A DNA stretch of 64,000 bases from Caecitellus pseudoparvulus (taxonomy: Eukaryota > Protista > Bigyra: Bicosoecida), in assembly GCA_965644315.1 (NCBI GenBank), contig CBFFRQ010000013.1, positions 744,001 to 808,000 of the forward strand. Reading direction: 5' to 3'. Each line of letters opens with the position of its first letter. Within the stretch, counting starts at the first letter, position 1. A model generated the notes under the pieces. The model was not told where the DNA came from. It worked only from the letters and a program-made list of their open reading frames with translations, and made no database searches. Shown here piece by piece: positions 59,781 to 64,000 of the stretch. Both the position numbers and the translations under genes were made by a program.

Positions 59781-62700
59781 ATGTCTTCAGCACGGGCTGG
59801 GGTGGCCCTGGCCACCACGCGGGCAGAGGCAGCGCGCTCGACAGCAAGCAGTGCTGTTGCACACTCCCATCAGCAACGGGAGTTGCGGGACAGAATGCTG
59901 AAGCGCGCAAGGCGCGCATCAGGTCTGCCTCCACACCGGAGCCTGCAGACCCCTACCGGGAAGTCCGATGCACCTCATGCCCCCCCTGTTCTAGAGCTTC
60001 CAGCTCTGCACGAGTCCAGCGAAGAAGGGTCGGGGGGTGCCCAAAATCCGCTGCCCTCGCCGAGCGGGCCCGATCTCGTGTCTGGGACTGCTGGTGACGG
60101 AGCAGGCGGACAGGGGGGTGCAGGTGGGTTCAGCTGCGGCAATAGGCTTCAGCCCCATTCACCGCAGCTGAAGATCCGCCGATGGGTTCGAGATAGGGTG
60201 GTGTCCCACCCAGCCTTCGACGCTCTCGTGCTCGTGTGCATCGTAGCCAACACGGTTACTCTGGCGGTGTCGAATCCTCTTGAAACAGACATGACACGGT
60301 TAGAAATCATCTCCGTGCTAGACACCGTGTTTACCGCTGTATTCGTCCTGGAAATGCTGCTGAAAATGACGGCACACGTGAGCGGAGTGTGCGGAACTCG
60401 CACAGCGACGTCAGCGCCACTTCCCTGAAACGCTCGCGCACGCAGGGCCTCTTTTGCCACTTTGACCCGGAGCCCGGCAAGTCCAAGCCATACTTCAAGT
60501 CAGGTTGGAATGTTCTGGACTTCATCATTGTGGTGGCGTCCATCGTAGACCTGACTCCTGGTGAGCGCGGCTGCTCCGAGCGCCAACTGTGCTCGCGTCA
60601 CTTTTGAGCCTGGCTGCGGCGTCCTCGCAGGTGGGAGCCAAAGCGCAGGGTCTGGGGCCTTTCGCGCCTTGCGAGTCCTGCGACCCTTACGAACCATTCG
60701 GCGGCTCAGAGGCTTGCGCATCATCGTCAACACGCTGCTGAAGTCCCTGCCAGACTTGCTCAACGTCATGGTGCTGCTGGCATTCCTGTTCACAGTCTTC
60801 TCCATTCTTGGGCTGCAGCTGTTCTACGGTGTACTCCGGAACACCTGTGTGCGCGACTCAGATGGGGCACTGCTCTCGAATGTGTCGGGGAGCACGACTG
60901 GCACGTACTGCTCGCCAGAGGCGCAGCCTCCACCGGGGGCCATCGCCTGCCCGGCAGGCTTCAGCTGTCTCCCTCAAGGAACCAACCCAGCTGCAGGGCT
61001 TTTTTCGTTCGACGATATTGGGCATGCGCTGCTCACTCAGTACCATGTCGTCGACACGACTGGCTGGAGCCCCACCATGTGGGCCGTCCAGGATGCGGCT
61101 GGCAGCGCTGCGTGGGTGTACTTCGTCGCCATTATCCTTGTCGTGTCCTTCTTTGCGATGAATCTGGTCCTTGCTGTAGTTGTAGCCGAGTTCGAATCAA
61201 CGTCCGATGATGCAGAAGCAGAAGAAATGGAGAGATTTGCGGAGGAGGAGATGCTGTATCAGCTGCAGCAAGCTGCACGAAGAGAGCGAAGCCGGAGGAG
61301 CGTTGCTGGGGGCTCATCTACGACACTTGACTTGGAGGCCCAAGTGCCTGTCGAAGCGAAGGCGGATGCGGGACCTGCCCCACTACCACCGCTCTCTCCT
61401 GTGTTGCAAGCTGGCCGCATGAGCCGCGCAGTGTCCATGCACATGCCGGAGGAGGAAGTAGATGCTGTACTGGCACTGCCACCAGTGAAGGAGAACCAGC
61501 GCCGTCGCAGTATTCTGGCGAAGCGCCGAATCTCATTGATGTTTCAGGCGGCCAACTCCAGCAAGAAGTCGCTGACGAAAGCGCTGGCTGACAGCAGCAG
61601 CGAAGAACCGGACGAGGGGCTGGAGCAGCCTGAGGCGCCTGCGGCACTGCCTGCAGGTGACGCAGCGGAGAGCAAAGATTCTGGGGGTGCTGCACCTCCC
61701 TCCCCCCCGCTTCGGGCCGCCATTTCGGCGGCATCGAAGCAGTTTGACTCTGCAGACCCACAGGCCGCTGTGACAGTGGCCCGGCTGGTCTTGAATGGCG
61801 TGGACTTGGAAGTGCACCGAGACTATGAGTGGTTGGAAGGCAAGCCTTGGTGGTTGCAGCGCGTGCACGCGGTCGTGACAAGTGTGCCCTTCTTCAGTGC
61901 AGTCGCAGGCTTGATCTTGGCGAACACCGTCATCCTAGCCATGGAGTACCACGGCATGAGCCCGACATACGCGGCGGTGTTGGAGGCGTTCAACAACACA
62001 TTCACAGCGCTGTTCACTGTGGAGCTCGTCCTGAAGGTGCTGGCACTCGGCCCCGCAGGGTATGTGAGGGACACCTTCAACGTCTTTGATGCCATCATCG
62101 TCATTATTTCCCTGGTGGAACTGGCTGTTGCATCCAGCGCTGGAAATGGCTTGAGTGCCTTTCGTGTCTTCCGCCTGCTCCGTATCGGGAGGCTGCTGAA
62201 GTTGCTGCGCTCTTTCAAAGGCCTGCGCCGCTTGCTGAACACGGTGCTGGAGAGCCTGGTGGACATTTTGTACATCTCCATCCTCATGTTCCTGTTCGTG
62301 CTGGTGTTCGCAGTGCTGGGCGTGCAGCTGTTCGCAGGCCAGTTCCACGCCCTCAACCCCCGACCAGAGTACACGTTTGAAACGTTTGGCTCTGCCTTTC
62401 TCGCGGTGTTCCAGCTGCTCACCACAGACAACTGGCATTCCATGCTGCGGGACTCAGTCCTCGCGACAGGCTCCGAGGCTGCTTCTGTGTACCTGGTGGT
62501 TGGGCATGCCATTGGCGCGTACATTGTTCTGTCACTCTTTGTGGCCATTCTGCTGCGCCGCTTTTCGTCTTTCGACGCAGATGAGCTGGATACCTCTGAG
62601 CTGGAGCACCTTGCCTTCGAGCGGCGGACTCAGGAAGCCAAAGCTGCGCTGGAGGCTGCCAAAGACGCACTGCCCGTTGTCCCGGAGCTGCAGCTGGACT

Positions 62701-64000
62701 CTGGGGAGCAACTTGTGGCGGACATGGTGCAGCAGTTGTCCAAGCTGCGGCAGCAACGTGAAGCCGAGAAGCAGCAACTGCGGGAGCAGCAAAGTGCTGA
62801 CTTGAGTGGGCGCATGGTTGGCACAGCCCTGGGCTGCCTCCCGCCCACCAACCCGGCCAGGCAGTGGTTGTTCGCAGTGGTGTCATCGGAGCCTTTTGAG
62901 TTGGGAGTCGTGTGTCTTATTCTTCTCTCCTGTGTGTTTCTAGCGCTGGACGACCCAACGGTGCCCCAGGCCTCCCTTCTGGGCCGCACGATTGCCATCA
63001 TGGACGTCGTCTTTGCCGTCGTCTTTGCCGTGGAATCCCTGCTAAAGATCATCGCCCACGGACTGTTCACGCCTGGGGGTGGCTACCTCCGCAATGGATG
63101 GAACCGACTGGACTTCGTTGTCGTGCTCTTTGGTCTCTTGTCTTTCGCTGCTCCTGGGCTCACCATCGTGCGAGCTTTGCGCGCGCTGCGCCCGCTTCGC
63201 GTTGCGGTGCGGTCGGAGTCCATTCGCGTTGTCGTGAACGCGCTACTTTACGCGATTCCCAACGTCGCCAACGTCTTTGCTCTGGCAGGCGTGTCGTGGC
63301 TCATCTTCGCAATCATGGCTGTGAACTTGGTCGGCGGGGCTCTCTTCCAATGCTCAGATCCCAGCGTCACAAGCGAAGCAGCATGCAACGGCATGTGGAA
63401 CAGCACGACAGGTGTGCAGCCGCGTGAATGGGAACGAGTCCCTGGGTCAGAGTACGCCAACTACGACAACGTGGGAATCAGTATGTTGACACTGTTCCGC
63501 ATCTCGACGTTTTCGGGCTGGGCTGGACTGATGAAGATGGCCATGGACACTGTTGGCCCCGGGCAAGCCCCACGCCCAGGTGCCAACCCCGGCATGGCCA
63601 TCTTCTTCTTGGCATTTGTCATTTGCTGTGCCTTTTTCGTGCTGAACCTGACAGTGGCAGTCGTCATTGACCAGTTCAACCAGCTGCGCTCTGTGCTGGA
63701 CGGGTCCGCGTTCATGACGCAGCGGCAACGCCAGTGGGTGAATGCCCAGCGACTAATTTCCTCTGTGGAACTGGTACCCAAGCCTCGACCCCCGTCGAAC
63801 TGCGTGCGTGCTGCGGCTTTCGCTGCTGTGTCTCACCCGGCTTTCGAGGCTTGCGTCATTGGCTGCATCCTGGCCAACACAGGCCTTCTCATGTGCGCAC
63901 ATTGGGGCCAGCCAGCGTGGCTGCCCGACTTCGTCCTCTGGGGCAATGTCTTTTTCGCCATTGTGTTTGCACTGGAGGCGGTGGCGAAGCTGCTTGGCTT
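59781..64000 (+). CDS. Four-domain voltage-gated cation channel alpha subunit (Nav/Cav superfamily), truncated in domain IV; introns approx. 60378-60445 and 60561-60630
   Basis: S1 FDALVLVCIVANTVTLA. YFKSGWNVLDFIIV. S4 segments FRALRVLRPLRTIRR, FRVFRLLRIGRLLKLLR, VRALRALRPLR. Three pore loops. S6 FFVLNLTVAVVIDQFN. III-IV linker AFMTQRQRQW. Confidence 0.93.

Noticed and set aside
1-64000. Prokaryotic operon or defence-system interpretation; alternative genetic code
   Set aside because: Spliceosomal introns and eukaryote-specific genes occur throughout. TAA, TAG and TGA all terminate conserved genes, and the tRNA-Trp has a normal CCA anticodon and a 5-bp anticodon stem.

Overview
This is a GC-rich, very gene-dense eukaryotic genomic segment read in the standard genetic code. 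Most introns are short GT-AG introns of about 60-190 nt, often with GTGCGT or GTGAGT donors. Gene content and style suggest a compact-genome flagellated protist, possibly a heterotrophic stramenopile; this is an inference only. I can support about 21 protein genes and one tRNA-Trp(CCA). In order: two convergent cupin/JmjC-like paralogs, a DENND4-like MABP-DENN protein, an RNI-type LRR protein, EB1, RPS18, RPE, betaine lipid synthase, a histidine phosphatase, a putative TPP1/Est3 OB-fold protein, an MTFR1-like/WH2 protein, an acyltransferase-3, a glycosyltransferase-FkbM fusion, a PhnD-like binding-domain receptor, CDIN1, SNRNP40, a small membrane protein, an IQ/SHIPPO-repeat protein, a PP2C-like pseudophosphatase, UNC-45, a BLTP2/Hobbit-like protein and a truncated four-domain voltage-gated channel. 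The most notable observations: (1) a 367-bp near-perfect, in-frame inverted repeat inside two otherwise diverged convergent paralogs, a geometry that would swap their C-termini on inversion; (2) a candidate new receptor architecture of bacterial-type PBP, Cys-rich stalk and about 5 TM helices; (3) a voltage-gated channel with a non-canonical T/D/S filter; (4) a betaine lipid synthase in BtaA-BtaB order; (5) 5-nt and 15-nt microexons. All assignments come from motif recognition by eye; no database searches were run.
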